A DNA stretch of 64,000 nucleotides from Octopus vulgaris (Eukaryota). Made by a program: the position numbers and the translations under genes. Below are positions 41,303 through 56,576 of the stretch, piece by piece. Below the pieces are notes generated by a model. The model worked only from the letters and a program-made list of their open reading frames with translations. It did no database searches and was not told the DNA's origin. Positions within the stretch are counted from its first letter, which is position 1. Each line of letters opens with the position of its first letter. Where the stretch lies: contig OX597826.1 in assembly GCA_951406725.2 (NCBI GenBank), positions 73,532,001 through 73,596,000 on the forward strand, written 5' to 3'.

Positions 41303-41520
41303 CTTGATTTCAAATTTTGGCACAAGGCCAGCAATTTCAGGGAAGGGGGTAAGTCGATTACATCGATCCCAGTACTCAAGTGGTACTTATTTTATCGACC
41401 CTGAAAGGATGAAAGGGAAAGCTGACCTCGGCGGCATTTGAACTCAGAACATAAAATCGGAAGAAATGACGCTTAGCATTTTTTCCGGTACGGTAACGAC
41501 TCTGCCAGCTTTCCACCTTA
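41303..41520 (-). mobile_element. SINE family B2, full length
   Basis: Complete tail, core and head on the minus strand. Confidence 0.88.
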
Positions 41521-41829
41521 CCTTAAATTGTAACATTGAATTCGAAAGGATCGAACCCAGGACAACTTTTTAAGCTTGGTGTTCATTTTGTCCGTCTCTT
41601 ATGCCAAACAACCAACTGATGGTCAAGAAGTGGTGGCAGACAAACACACGCGCACCTATATTTACACACACAGTAGCAATGCACCCCGGCGTCGCCTTGG
41701 TGTTATGACCTACAGCCACATTGTACTATTTGTTCCTTTCTTATGGGCAGAATCAGCACACGAGGAGCATGAAGCAAACATTTCTTCTTTATAAACATGT
41801 TTTACAGTCGTTTTCTTCTGAACAACGCT

Positions 41830-41975
41830 GCAGTTTCCGTCTACCAAATTAAGTCACAAGTCTGTGGTTGGCCTAGGGCTATAGTAGAAAACACTTGCCC
41901 TAGGTACCATGCAGAGGGACTGAACGTGGAACCATGTGGTTGGGAAGTAGACTTCTCAACCACACAGCCATTCTT
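41830..41975 (-). mobile_element. SINE family A 5' half (another at 42340-42485)
   Basis: CAGTTTCCGTCTACCAAAT..ACCACACAGCCA. Confidence 0.75.
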
Positions 41976-41985
41976 GCACTTAATA

Positions 41986-42016
<31 letters not shown>

Positions 42017-43251
42017 TTACATTTGTTGTTAAATCGAGTATTGAGTCCCACTGTGTCAAAGTTAGCAGTTCATCAAGCAGAGATCTATAAAATAAAAGCA
42101 AGATTGAAATATGGACTGAGGTCAGTATGATCAATTAAACTTTTGAAGGTGATACCCCATCATGGTGACAGTCGAAAGACTAAAAATAATGTTTAAAGAC
42201 TTAATGGTTTCAAGACTTAAGACTTAATGGTTTCACACGCGCGTGCACACACACACAAACTCTGTTTTATTATATATGATACATATATATATGAAGTTGT
42301 AATACCTTACAACTTCACTTTGTTATATATATATATATATATAGGACTATTCAGTTTCCGCCTACCAAACCCACCTACAAGGCTTTGGTTGGTCCGGGCC
42401 TTCTGTAGAAAAGAGGGCTTCTATAGACGACATTTGCCCAAAGTGCCATGCAGTGTGGCTGGAAAGCAAATTTCTTACTCCATAGACACACTTGTGAGTG
42501 TCTCAGGCTTATCCTCGCTCTCTCTCTCCCTTCCCCTCTCCCCCTCTCTCTCTGTACGTGTATGTTTGTGTGTGTGTGTGTGTGTGAGGCATATTTATGT
42601 TACGTTCTATATTTAGATGTATCTGGTGTTCTTTGGTGTTGGTGGTGGATTTTGCAGATGCTACTTGTAGTTCGAAGCCAAGTTTCAAGTTATTTCATGT
42701 ATTGTTGGAGTAATAAGATTAAAAAGATGCGACTGTGATGTTATCTGCACATGCGAGTGTGTGTGCTTGGTTCGGGAAGCTGTCCGAATGTCGTATAGCT
42801 TATAAGTTTTAAAAGAAGGGGTAAAAGAACGCTCCTTAGTGGTGCTCCAATGATACATTTCACATTTTCAGATGTCTTGTTACTGTACTAAGCAAAATGT
42901 TTAGCGACCACAGAAGCAGTTGGTTAAAAACTACAGTGATGGATGTTGTGGAAACCCCAGTAAAGCAGCCGCTCGGTTCTGATATATGAGGTGGATAGGT
43001 TTTGTTGATGTATGTATGATGTAGGCAAGGTGGTGATCGAGGGCAGTGGGGGAAGGGTGGCTATGTGAACCTCTACCTGCCACCTACCCTGGCATCTCTT
43101 TCTATATATCTGAGAAACCATCCTTCAACTTCGTTGGGGTCAACCAGAGCGAGGTCGGTGTATAATAGTGTCCCCTACACCTCACATTGTCGGGACTGCT
43201 GGGTTCGGCGCTATCGTATTTCGTGTGTGTTTGTTGTGTGTCTGTGAATAC

Positions 43252-43350
<99 letters not shown>

Positions 43351-43424
43351 AAGCTTTCTATGCGAACCCTTCCACTACTACATATATATTTATGTGTATA
43401 CATATATACATATATATATATATA

Positions 43425-43598
<174 letters not shown>

Positions 43599-44195
43599 TA
43601 TACACACACATACATACATACTCATGCATTTATATATAAATTATATACATACCCACACATATAAACGTATCCGTGTGAATGTATATGTATGTACGCATGT
43701 ATGTGTGTGTATATCTCTACTCCCTCCCTTTATTTACTTCCTCTCACCACTTGTTTTTGCCTTCTTTTTCTCTTTTTCTCCATCACGCCTCGGTCTCACT
43801 CCCTTTCACTCTCACCCACTGTGTCTCTCATACTCTCACTCTCTCTCATTCTCCATCTCTTTCTCTCTCGCTTCTCTAATTACGTACACATATATATACA
43901 CACTTTCACTTAAAAACCAGTTGATCTGCCTTATATTGAAATATGTGCGCAGTTGTGTGTAAACGTTAATGTATGTATGTGCATATGTGTCTAAGAGTGA
44001 GTGTACGGTTTGTACGTCTTATCAAAACAGGGATCCAGCAACCAAAATATATTCAGTCGGATTCCTTGTCTTTTACAAACGACATATTAAACATTCAAAT
44101 CTAGCCTCCAGAGTTCTTTATTCTAAGTTGTCTGTCTCTGTGCCTACAAACAGGTAACTCTGGGATTTTCCATCTGTCTTCCTCTCTCTCTCTCT

Positions 44196-44239
<44 letters not shown>

Positions 44240-44259
44240 TTCTCGGTATATATATATAT

Positions 44260-44307
<48 letters not shown>

Positions 44308-44404
44308 AATATATATTATTTATATTATATTGTATTAAATTATATTATATTATATTATATTATATTATATTATATTATATTATATATGTATGTATGTATG
44401 TATA

Positions 44405-44570
44405 CAGGTGTAGAAGTGGCTGTGAGGTAAGAAGCTTGCTTCTCAACCACATAGTTCCAGGGTCAGTCCCACTACGTGGTACCTTGGGCTGGTGTCTTCT
44501 ACTACTCGGGCCGACCAAAGCTTTGTGAGTGGATTTTGCTCAGCGGAAACTGAAAGAATCCTGTTATATA
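44405..44570 (+). mobile_element. SINE family A 5' half
   Basis: GTGGCTGTGAGGTAAGAAGCTTGCTT..GGAAACTGAAAGAA. Confidence 0.8.
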
Positions 44571-44580
44571 TATGTATGTA

Positions 44581-44624
<44 letters not shown>

Positions 44625-45418
44625 TGTGTGTGTGTGGTTCAAATTTACAGAAAACAACAAGCAGGTGTACTAGTTTAACGCTCGAGAGGAATGGGAAAGC
44701 CTTTGACGTTTCAAGCCTACGCTCTTATATATATATATATATATATAATCGTTTAAAAGATAGCTATACAGAAGTGTGTATAAAAAATCACATAAGTACT
44801 CCTCTCTGCAGGTTTTTATCTACCTCTCCAGGAGGAACCACCACGAAGGATATGACTATGAGTATAGCTCCACAATTAACCATCTCGGATTCTACTCTTA
44901 TTTATCTCAAACACTAGACTATGACCTATCAGTATATACGTCTATCTATAAAAAAATTACTATGAACTCTCGCTTTCCTGATTTTCCTGTTTTTCTGCTC
45001 AATTTATACATATTTATATTCACTTCTGTATAGCTATTTTCTAAGTGATTTGATGCCGTTAACAATTGCCAGTTCCTGTTTTATTGTATTATATATACTT
45101 TGATTAACTCAGCCGATACATTGCCTATAGTCAGCTCTTATTTGCCGGGGCTCCTCTGTCTCCTTTCGTTTGACGTTAGATTTTAGGCGTCTGGTCTGGT
45201 CTGAGCATTCATTCTCTCTTTCAATTATATGCCTTTTTCCTCGTTTTTGTTTATTTTTTTTTACATATTCTTAACCATTATGTCCATTACACACATATGC
45301 ATACACACACACTCGTGCACGCGCGTGTGTGTGTGTATGCATATATATATCCATTGATATATGCGAGAATGCGCTTGCGTGAATGTGTAGAGGTATACAT
45401 ACATACATATACATATGC

Positions 45419-45544
<126 letters not shown>

Positions 45545-45769
45545 GTATGTATGTATATATATTATACACTAACACACGCATAAATAATGTACACATACAT
45601 ATATGTGTGAGTGCGCTTGCATGTATATCTGGATCTATATATGTTTGTATATATAAGTGTGTATGCACACACACACATTATACATACATGCAGTTTAATT
45701 GATATGAACTTGTGAACTTAACTTCCGGTCATAAAATCTGTGATGTTTATTCCTTATTATTTGACTGTA

Positions 45770-47010
45770 GGGTTCGGCGTAGTGGTGAAGCGGGTGGTGC
45801 GGTATGGGTTGGTAATAGAGTGGAATGGTGACGGGTGTGTGTGTAGGGGTAGTTGGAAATGGCGTGGGTTAAGTACTAGGAGGGTTAGGTTTAAAGTGTG
45901 AGGGGGGGCCGGGAAAATAGTGGGACTGGTTTAAGGAGAACATCGGAAATGATGGTGGTGGTGTCGATGTAGATGGTGGCGGCGCGCATGTTGCGGTGAG
46001 AGGTAAGAAGGTAGTGTGGGAATTTAGCTGGGGTGAAGGGGTGGCGGTGGTTGTTAGTGATGGGGGTGGCGGTGGTGATAGGTGAGGAAGAAATTAATGA
46101 CGGGGTGGTCGGCTAAGTGTGAGAGGGTGGGATGAAATAATAAATTGATGGGAGGAGTGGCGGGTGAGTGAGATGTAGTTAAGTAGGGGTGGGGGTTGGT
46201 GTTGTGGGAGGGAAATGGGGTGGAGGTAGGCAATTTTTGGGGTAGCTGTACGCAGGTAGGGGAGGTGGAGAGGACGAGAACTACGAATGTTGGTGCTGGT
46301 GTTGTTGGTGGTATATCAAGAGGTATTGGTAGTGGTAGATGTGGTGGTGATTGATTGATGTTGGTTATGGTGATGGCATTGGTGTTGTGGTGGTGGTAGT
46401 AATGTATTTCTAATAGTAGTAGCAGCAACTAGTAAGTTGTTAGTAGTAGTAGTAGGAGGAGGAGGAGAAGGAGGAGTTAGTAGTAAGTAGTAGTAGTAAT
46501 AGTAGTAGTTGTTGTTGTAGTTAGTAATAAGTAGTGGTAGCGTCTTGGTAGTGGTTTTTGTGATAATGTTTTTCTAGTAGTAGTAGCAGCAAACAGTAGC
46601 AGCAGCAAGTAGTAAGTTAGTAGTAGTAGTAGTAGTAGTAGTTGGAGGAGGAGGAGGTTGTGATGGTGGTGGTGGTTAGTGTTGTAGTAGTGGTAGTTGT
46701 AGTAGTAGTAGTAGTTAGTAACTAAGTTTAGTCGTAGCGTCTTGGTAGTGGTTTTTGTGGTGGTGTCAGTGATGATGTCTGTAGCAATATATATACTGTG
46801 AATCTGGCGTTATTGTAGCAGTGGTGGTGGTAGTGTTATAGTGGTAGCGCTAATGTTGTTGTTGTAGTGGTGGTGGTAGTGGTGATGGTGGTGCTGCTGC
46901 TGCTGCTGGGCGGTCTTAGTGCCGTAGTTGTGGTATTGGTGATAGCATTACAGGTGGTGTAGATGTAGCATGTGTTGTAGTAGAGGTGATAGGGTTCTAG
47001 TAGTAGCCAC
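45770..47010. repeat. G/T-rich low-complexity tract, (GGT)n/(AGT)n/(GTT)n
   Basis: Direct reading. Confidence 0.9.
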
Positions 47011-47418
47011 GTTTACCATGGAACTATGGCCGCCACTGCCCAGAGTTCTAATCTCAAAGTAGAAAAAAATTAGTACCAGTAATATAATGCGGCAGGTTTA
47101 ACATCTTTTAGACAAAAAAAAAAAAAACTAAGATAATGAGCGAAATTTTTTTATTCGATTATTTGGAGGGTTTTTCCCCACCATAATATTGATTGAAACT
47201 AATTTAATAATTTTATTGATCTTCCCTTACTCGCTTTTAGCGAAGTTAATAAGCCACCATTTTGGCTTGTTAAGAAATTTATTTTGTGCTCTTTTAATGG
47301 TTAACGAGTTTATCGACGCTCTACTTAACTCTTTAGACTATTTTTGAGGTTGGACGTCAGAGGCAGAACTTTCGCTTCTTTGTTGAAGTACTATATGTTA
47401 CCGTTCTTTTAATATTTA

Positions 47419-47943
47419 CCGTAAATCCTCGAGTATAATCCGCATTCCCCCTCCCCCCAAATTTAAAGGTCAAAATCCCTAGTGCGTACTATATACGAGG
47501 TTAAAAATGAAAATTATTTTCTAAGCAATGTCCGAGTCTCTATTTGCTGTCCGGCAATGTTTATTCAGACGCATTTTGTGATGTCGGGCGCGAAAATACC
47601 TTAAACTAAGCCTGAAAGCAATGAAGTCAGAAAAGAATCATCCATAACTTGCAATAAGCAACATTTATTAAAATAAAAGTATTCAGAACACAGAATAACA
47701 TGTAACAAAAACAATTTGCAAACATATTTATATTCCCATATAACAGTTAAGAACATCACCATTGTTGTATTATGCATGCGTGGAAGTGTTTGTTCGACCA
47801 GGTGCTGCTGGCTTAATTACGCACGATTAAAGTTAGAGAAGAAGTGCGTATTATACACAAGGTTTAGGTTTTCCAGAAGCACAGCCCCCTAAAAATCCCC
47901 TGCGTATTATACTCAAGGGCGGACTATACTCGAGGATTTACGG
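47419..47943. mobile_element. Tc1/mariner-superfamily (Tc2/pogo-like) MITE, 525 bp
   Basis: 25-bp TIR CCGTAAATCCTCGAGTATA(A/G)TCCGC, TA on both sides, subterminal TGCGTA(C/T)TATA repeats. Confidence 0.92.
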
Positions 47944-48206
47944 TATGTATCTATTAATGTATGTGTGAAGGCGCGTGGCCCTGAAAGAATGAAAGTCGAC
48001 CTTCGCGAAATTTGAACTCAGAACAATAAAGACACATGAAATGTCACCTAACATTTTGTCTGGCGTGCTAACGATTCTGCCAGCTCGCCTCAACAATAAA
48101 GGGAACTATTATCTTGACTAAATATATCAGTTAAAACCAAAATTTCTTCCCCATTTTGAACTGTAATCGGACTTTCTTTCCAACCTACAGTTTTTTGCTA
48201 ACATAT

Positions 48207-48288
<82 letters not shown>

Positions 48289-48300
48289 TTCTCTGTGTCC

Positions 48301-48336
48301 CTTTCTGTAGTAGAGCGTAGGCTCGAAACGTAAAAG
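48301..48336 (+). ncRNA. Minimal hammerhead-like motif in a PLE-like fragment (48288-48430) between microsatellites
   Basis: CTTT-CTGTAGTA-GAGC(gtag)GCTC-GAAA-CG-TA-AAAG; sister copy at 44701-44726 (-) reads GAGC(gtag)GCTT-GAAA-CG-TC-AAAG; core degenerate. Confidence 0.55.
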
Positions 48337-48635
48337 ACTTTCTCTATTCCTGAGCGTTATACTAATACATCCGTTTGTTTTGTACACCACCTGTCTTCGT
48401 CTCTTATTTTTATTCGTGAACTCTCCTATATATGTTGTGTGTGTGCGCACGCGCGCGTGTGTGTGTTTAATAAACTTTTAGAACGAAACATTACGGCCGG
48501 TTGTCAAAAATCGTTTCCTAAATGTTTATTTTTGGTGAGCAAACCGCTGTGAGTTCATTATTTGAAAGTGGTTGTTATCGTTGTTAGCTAGTAACTAGAG
48601 CTTCAAATAAATCTATGTGTATTTATGCATTCTTG

Positions 48636-48677
<42 letters not shown>

Positions 48678-49306
48678 AAAATAAGTTTGCCTACATAGGA
48701 ACTCGTCGCGGGAATAGTTACCCCCTGTGGTGGAAGTACAGCTGTCTCCCCACAGATTTACTGCGATTTAAACAGTGAAGCCTATTTATACAGCGAAGCT
48801 AAATATATGTTTATTAAACATAACGCATGTTTCACTTCCATTCTATCCAAACACTGACTGTCTGGCTGTCCGACTGTTCGTTTGTCTGGAGGTCTGCGCC
48901 AGTACTTCGGCTTCTGTGTGTGTATAAGTGTGCATGCCTATGTGCACGTATAAATAAATGAATACATATATATTTATATATTTATTTATACGAGCGCATA
49001 CACACACACACACACATATACGCATACATACACATACACGAATGCATACGCACACACATATACAGAGGGGGAGAGAGAAGGGTAAGAGGTAGGAAAATTG
49101 ATTCAATATTCTTCTCTGCGTCGCTGTCTCTCTCTCTCTCCCTCTCATTTGTTCAGATGAAGCGAACACTCCTGATGAGTATTTCGAAATGAGATGAAAC
49201 TCTGTGGGTTAACGCCATAGTATATTTACACTAATGTGGTGGCATACATACATCCATTCACACACACACACACGCACATGTATATAAGATATATATACAC
49301 ATTATT

Positions 49307-49383
<77 letters not shown>

Positions 49384-49989
49384 CACATATATATATACTT
49401 ATAATATATACATATATATATATACATATATATACATATATATATGTACATGCATACATACATATATATATATACATATATATATACATATATATATACG
49501 TATATATATATACACACACACACACAAACACACATCCATACATAAGTATGTTATCTTCCATTTTTAATTCTGTGAAGTTTCCATATAAGGAGTTTCCATG
49601 TACGTATGTCACATTTTGAACGAGAAAAATTTTGCGCATTTTTACGTATGTATGTCTGTACGTACGTATGTACGTGCGTATGTATAATGGTAGGTATGTA
49701 TGTATGTAGGTAGGTAGGTAGGTAGGTAGGTAGGTAGGTAGGTAGGTTGGTAGGTAGGTAGGTAGGTTATTCAAATGCTGCTGTTACTAATGCTTAAAAT
49801 TACAAAACAAAAACAAAACGAAAACCAAGATTACATATATATATACATATATATATATTAAGGTATGTAGAAAAATACAACATGGACAAGAACGTATAAC
49901 TCTTAGAAGACGACACAATAAACACGGACAGGACATTCGAAACCCTCAGTCTTCAGTCAAGAACCGGATCATCGTAGTAATTTCGGCTG

Positions 49990-50043
<54 letters not shown>

Positions 50044-50205
50044 GATGGAAAATAAATTGGGGAACGAATTCTGAAACCAATTATAAACATATTATGTGGT
50101 TATCTTAATGACTTAACTTTCTGATACTCAAGTCAAATCGCATCTACTTGTGTTGCACCAAGTAAATATCAAACCACTCTCGTTTTCCCTTCATCAATGA
50201 AAAAG

Positions 50206-50652
50206 GAAAACGGTATGGCAGGCACCATAGGACGAACTCGGCGTCTATCTTGTGTCTTTAATTTGTTTAAGTCATTGGACTGTGGCCATGCTGGGGTACC
50301 GACTTTAAGGGTTTAGCTGAATGAATCAGAGCCCAATCCTTTTTTTAAAGCCTGGTATTTATTCTATCGGATCCCTTTTGCCAAACCGCTAGGTTACGGC
50401 GACGTAAACAAACCAGCACCGGTTGTCAAGCGAAAACGGTATGGTACTATAGAACGAACTCGGCGCCTATCTTGTGTCTTTAATTTGCTTAGGTCATTGG
50501 ACTGCGGCCATGCTGGGGTACCGACTTTAAGGGTTTAGCTGAATGAATCAGACCCAATACTTTTTATTATTATTTTGTAAGCCTGGTACTTATTCTATCG
50601 GATCCCTTTTGCCAAACCGCTAGGTTACGGCGACATAAACAAACCAGCACCG
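50206..50652. repeat. Tandem duplication (~226-bp period) of a SINE A 3' half plus flank
   Basis: GAAAACGGTATGG starts at 50206 and 50432; both copies share private variants. Confidence 0.9.
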
Positions 50653-50994
50653 ACACTTGTTGTTGTTTGTATTCGTAATTGTATACCATGTTCTCCGTGT
50701 GTTCGTTTCTTTCTTTCTTTCTTTGTTCTCTTTGTTGCCGTACACATTCGCTAGCTTTCATACAAAGGTGTCCAATGCTCTTAACTTAGAATTTGGGGTG
50801 GGGGGGGAACCAAATCGAACCATCTCAAGTGTAACTGTCCGAAATGGTCGTGACTTCTGGTACTTGACTGAGGAAAGAAAGCCACGAATCACCCGTCTTT
50901 TTTTGCCTGTCCTTCTAATTGCTGTTTCTCTTGTCCGCCTTTGTATCGTCTATCTGTCCGAATGTCTTATTGTCCTCTATCGCATTTTTGTACC

Positions 50995-51170
<176 letters not shown>

Positions 51171-51475
51171 GTACTTACACACATATATTCACAAGATGCA
51201 GATGAAAATGCATCTCGATGCCCATATCTAATTATGTGAAAAATGTTGCTATTTTGAATGTACAATATTCCGAGAATCCCGCGACAGAAATATACTTTTA
51301 GAAAATAGATTGTGAAACGAATATTGGAGGACAATTATGAGCTCATTATATCCCGAAATGGATGCGTGGAGTTTCGGTGACACCAGTTAAATTGCATTTC
51401 CCGCAAACCAGAATCAAATAATAGGGAGCACTCGTGCACCTTCATATCTGGAGAAAGTATGACAGAATAAACATG

Positions 51476-51580
<105 letters not shown>

Positions 51581-52056
51581 GTATGTATGTGTGTACAGAG
51601 CCACTCTTAATAACAAAGGCATATGGAAGTTGAAACTCATATTTAAAAGGAGTTTGGTGCCATTTTAAATTCCCTGCACTCATTCAAATCTCCCCCACTT
51701 CTTCACTCTCTTTCTCAACCATATGTTCTTTCTCTTTTTCTTTCTCTCTCTCTCTCTCTTTCCTGTTTCTTTCTGTCACTCTGGTGACTACAACATTCCA
51801 TCGACATACAATTTTTTTATATACCAGTTATAACACAAACGCACCACACTCACATTTATACATACATACATACATACATACATACATACAGACAGACAGA
51901 CAGACAGACATATATATAGAGAGAGGGGCAATTATGCGGATAAACAAATTAAATATAACGGGTTGGGTCTAAGTTCGAATCCTATGAACGCTACTAAGTG
52001 ATTTCTATACCGAGAATTTCTGGATCTCATCTGTAGACTATGTGAATGCGCGCGCG

Positions 52057-52100
<44 letters not shown>

Positions 52101-52421
52101 TGTGTGTGTATCTTGTTAACATGCAATTCAATTTCGAGGGTAAAAAAAAAATGGAAGTAAATTACCCGGAAGTGACGACTGGCAAATCCGATAATTCCAT
52201 TTCCTGCTAACAATCTATAGTGAATCGATAGGGACAACGCCATCGCTTCCGGGCGCTTCTTTCTCCACATCTCAAAAGTCAGTCAATATTATTTATTGAA
52301 TTGCTCATATGTTATTGTTTTGGCTTTCATGCATTGACCTTCAAGCCACCAGATTGCCTTCTCAGTGGTGTTTGTTGCTGGATATAGTACTTTATAACGG
52401 TGTACCTCAGCTGCTATTTCT

Positions 52422-52633
52422 TATTTCTTTATTGCCCACAAGGGGCTAAACATAGAGGGGACAAACAAGGACAGACAAAGGGATTAAGTCGATTACATCG
52501 ACCCCAGTGCGTAACTAGTACTTAATTTATTGACCCCGGAAGGATGAAATGCAAAGTCGACCTCAGCGGAATTTGAACTCAGAACGAAATACCGCTAAAC
52601 ATTTCGCCCGGTTTGCTAAGGTTCTGCCAGCTC
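52422..52633 (-). mobile_element. SINE family B1 with 18-bp flanking direct repeat
   Basis: ACCTCAGCTGCTATTTCT at 52404-52421 and 52634-52651. Confidence 0.93.
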
Positions 52634-53268
52634 ACCTCAGCTGCTATTTCTGAAACGCTAAAAACATTACTAGAATGTTCTAAAAGAAAATTCAGGAGGA
52701 TCAGATAATTAAGATTTTATTCAACGTATTCCCTTCTCAGATTCACACACTTATTGCAGCGGTCCTTCAGTTTTTCTAAGCCCTGTAAAAGAACTCAGAA
52801 GGTTGGGCCTCCAACCAGGCCTTTCGCTATACCTTTAAAGCTAGGGAACTTTTCAACAGCCCCTCGTACAAGTCGGTGCCTGTGGACAAGACACACTGAG
52901 GCAAATCTGGAAATAAAATTAAACGATTTAACCAGTTTTCTTATGAAATAACGGGATGTCATTTTCGTCACTTCCGGTTAATACCCTTAAAATACATACA
53001 TACATACATACATACATACATACATACGTACGTACGTACGTACGTACGTACATACATACATACATACATACATACATACATACATACATACATACATACA
53101 TACATACATGTATGTATGTATATATATATTTTTTCCTATGTGGTAGATTTGATAATCATTAAGAAATTCCTCTTTTCATGAAACCATTGGTAGCCTTTTT
53201 GACTCACAAATAAAGAATATTTATCCAACAAAGCGGTGCTGAGCACTCATCCTCACTGTTCGATATTA

Positions 53269-53339
<71 letters not shown>

Positions 53340-53741
53340 ATGAAGTCCCAAGAGGAGGACTGACATCAAGGAAGCCGATAGATATAGAATTACCCTGAAT
53401 GTGTGGTTAGGACAAATGCCTTCGCCCTCCTGTAATCCTTTGGTTTATAGACCCATGCTGAGAATAGGCCCTTTTACTTAAGTTATTCTCTCCTCTCTTA
53501 TCCACATTTCACCAAATTTACTGCAGGGCGGGGTAAAACATTTTTATCCCTTCCCATCTTCCACTCACCACTCAAATGGTACTTGAAGTTAATGGGGGGA
53601 AACTGGCGTTCAATCTTAGTATGTATTCATTTCGTCACAGCCAACAATCAGAGAAAAGCTGCCCTGCCCTTCCCACACAAAGGAGGGAGCTGGAACGATT
53701 TTCATGACGGACCTATCAAAACCAGGAAGTAAGTCTTAAAA

Positions 53742-54298
53742 TAAAGGTTCTCAAACTTTTGGGCCACCGACCCCCTCATGGCCACATAGTATCTTCTGCG
53801 CGCCCACACCTATTTTTATGTATAAATAAATATTTTATATTTTACTAAATCATATATACTATGAACCATTTGATATTTGATATATTATATAATTTATATA
53901 CAAATGATATTATAATAAATTTATAGCGTCCCCCAGTCCACTGTCTTCCTCCCAACGCCTCCTTTTTCTCTACCGCTACCTTAGGCACCTGTTTCTTTAC
54001 TACCCACAAGGGGCTAAACACAGAGGGGACAAACAAGGACAGACAAACGGATTAAGTCGATTACATCGACCTCAGTGCGCAACTGGTACTTAATTTATCG
54101 AGCCCGAAAGGATGAAAGGCAAAGTCGACCTCGGCGGAATATGAACTCAGAACGTAACGGCTGACGAAATACCGCTTAGCATTTCGCCCGGCGTGCTAAC
54201 GTTTCTGCCAGCTCGCCGCCTCCCTTCGGCACCAGGGCCCACCTAGACTGTCTGAACGCCCACGGGGGGAGGGGTAGTGCCCACTTCGAGAACCTGTG
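53742..54298. mobile_element. hAT MITE interrupted by a SINE B1
   Basis: TIRs TAAAGGTTCTCAAA / TTCGAGAACCTGTG, exact 8-bp TSD TCTTAAAA. Confidence 0.82.
53992..54220 (-). mobile_element. SINE family B1, full length, nested in the hAT MITE
   Basis: Well-preserved B1; degenerate 15-bp TSD TACCTTAGGCACCTG / TCCCTTCGGCACCAG. Confidence 0.92.
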
Positions 54299-54940
54299 TC
54301 TTAAAACAACAGTGTAAGTCCGCTTATAGAGTTGACAAAACTGTTTGTTTGTTGTTCAGCGTAACCGAGTTTATCGATGTTGTTCACATTTATGGTTTAT
54401 TAATGACTTCTTCAACGTGAATAACTTTCGCTGAGACGTGAAAACTGGAGACACGAGTTCAAATGTTGTTCTATATTTTATGCATTTGTCTCGCTTAGAA
54501 CACCGAAGCAGTAAGGACATAAAAAAGCCTTAGTGTACTTCATCCAACAGTGTGTCACGCAGACACATATATATATATATATATATGTGTGCGTGTGTAT
54601 GTATACAAGGCCTATATGTGTGCATACGTGTATGTGCGAGTGTGCTTGTGAGCTAATTGTGAACCCTGGTCTCTCTGTAAAATAAATCTTCTTTGATCTG
54701 ATAATATCCTAACTTTTATCGTCCTGTCTGTCTTGTTTTAGCAATAATTACCTCACTGTGGCGACCACTCGAATATAGCCCTGCTCTGCATGTATCCACA
54801 CACACACACACACACACATACACACATACCTACACACACATATGCACGCATACACACACATATATATATATACGTATGCATACACACACACATACTCACA
54901 CATACACACGCGTATACAAACACATACACATATGTGTGCG

Positions 54941-54971
<31 letters not shown>

Positions 54972-55408
54972 ATATGTGTGTGTATGTGTATATATATATA
55001 TAGATATATATATGTACATACATACTTATATTTATATATACATATATTCGGGCACAGAAGACACATATAAAAGGTACACGTACACACACACACACACACA
55101 CACACAGAGAAAGAGAGAGAGAGAGAGGTAAACAATCAGACACAAACACACACTCATACGCATTTTTCGCACGATTTTTTACTTCACAAACAAAAGTGTA
55201 GTTGATATTTGTCGTATTTAGTTTCTCGCTCGTTGTGAGATTTCAGGCGGCAATAAACTGAAATAGCGATTTTAGCTATACAGGAAATCAAATGCATTTA
55301 AAAGGAATTTCTTTGTGTGAGGACATTTAGTGAATGTTTCATCTTGTCGGTTTAATGCGCTATCTGTTGTTACCGTATTTTTGTCCGATTCGCAGTTTTG
55401 CATCTTGT

Positions 55409-55497
55409 AAATTATATTGTAAATTATATTGAGGATTGTTGACTTCCATCTCTAGCGGGCAGGTATCCAGTACTGATGACGGGTAAAGACCCAGAAA
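55409..55497 (+). repeat. Inverted partial copy of the HHR repeat, truncated after GAAA
   Basis: Near-identical to the reverse complement of 56537-56625; CCAGTA-CTGATGA-CGGGT(aaag)ACCCA-GAAA. Confidence 0.9.
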
Positions 55498-56147
55498 GCA
55501 TATTACAAGCGACAATAAGTGAAGCAACTTGAGGCAATGGTCAATATCAGAAGGTAGAATTTACACCAAACAACTTGATGTCAATTTTCGATAAAAATGA
55601 ACATCACAGAATCCCACTTAACCTCCCTTATCTAAGAACTAGTGTCTAGTCAAAAGAAATGTTTAATACTTTGATCATATTAAGTCGGAGAGCTGTCAGA
55701 ATCATTACCGAACAAAATGCCAAGCGGCTTTTCTTCGGACTCTTAAGTTCTGAGTTCAAATAACTTTGCTTTTCATCCTTGCGAGACCGATGCCATCGGT
55801 TTCTCTCTTCCTTCGAAATTGCCCGTGCCAGAGTTAGAAAGAACATTTAGACATTATTTCGGGTAAAATATTCAACGCACTCGGATAGAAGAGTGACACT
55901 TCACTATCTATGTGAAAATATAAGCTAATGACACACAAGGAATTGTTAATCTATCAGTCTACACAGATGTAACTAAATTAATATAATTATCGGTAACATT
56001 TTTTTGCCACTTTAACATGGATTTTCTATAAAGGACTATGTTACTACATTTTAACCCCCAGGAAAACGTCTTTTCCAGTTGATTAACGACACACAACCTG
56101 TGTCCGATATATTGTGAGTAAGGGAACGAATCATTCCCCTACAGATT

Positions 56148-56208
56148 GGCAAGACCAGTAGACCGTGGTTTCTGGGTCTTTACCCGTTATCGGTACTGGA
56201 TACCTACC
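56148..56208 (-). ncRNA. Type I hammerhead motif, probably inactivated
   Basis: CCAGTA-CCGATAA-CGGGT(aaag)ACCCA-GAAA-CCACGG-TC-TACTGG; perfect stem I, G8>A. Confidence 0.65.
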
Positions 56209-56515
56209 TGCTAGAGATAGCAGTCAATCGTCCCCACTCACAATATATAAACAAAGAAGTGGCAGACAGTCGCTGATCTCATAATGAGCTAAGTAGCTAA
56301 TTCTAAAATCTCTAAACGAGATATAAGTAGTAACAATACTAAACGGCAACGTTTTTTTTTTGGGGGGGGGGGGTGCCACTATAACATGGCTGTTCTATAA
56401 AGAACTGTATTACTACATTTTAACCCCAGGAAAACGTATTTTCCAGTTGATTAACGACACACAACCTGTGTCCGATATATTGTGAATAAGGAAGCCAACC
56501 CCTCCCCATCAGCTT

Positions 56516-56576
56516 GGCAAGACTAGTAGACCATGGTTTCTGAGTCTTTACCCGTCATCGGTACTGGATACCTGCC
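56516..56576 (-). ncRNA. Type I hammerhead motif with extended bulged stem I
   Basis: GGCAGG-tat-CCAGTA-CCGATGA-CGGGT(aaag)ACTCA-GAAA-CCATGG-TC-TACTAG-t-CTTGCC; palindromic ACCATGGT stem III, GUC site, U4>C. Confidence 0.72.

Noticed and set aside
49165-49225. CTGATGA..GAAAC hammerhead candidate
   Set aside because: No stem I pairing after any plausible NUH site
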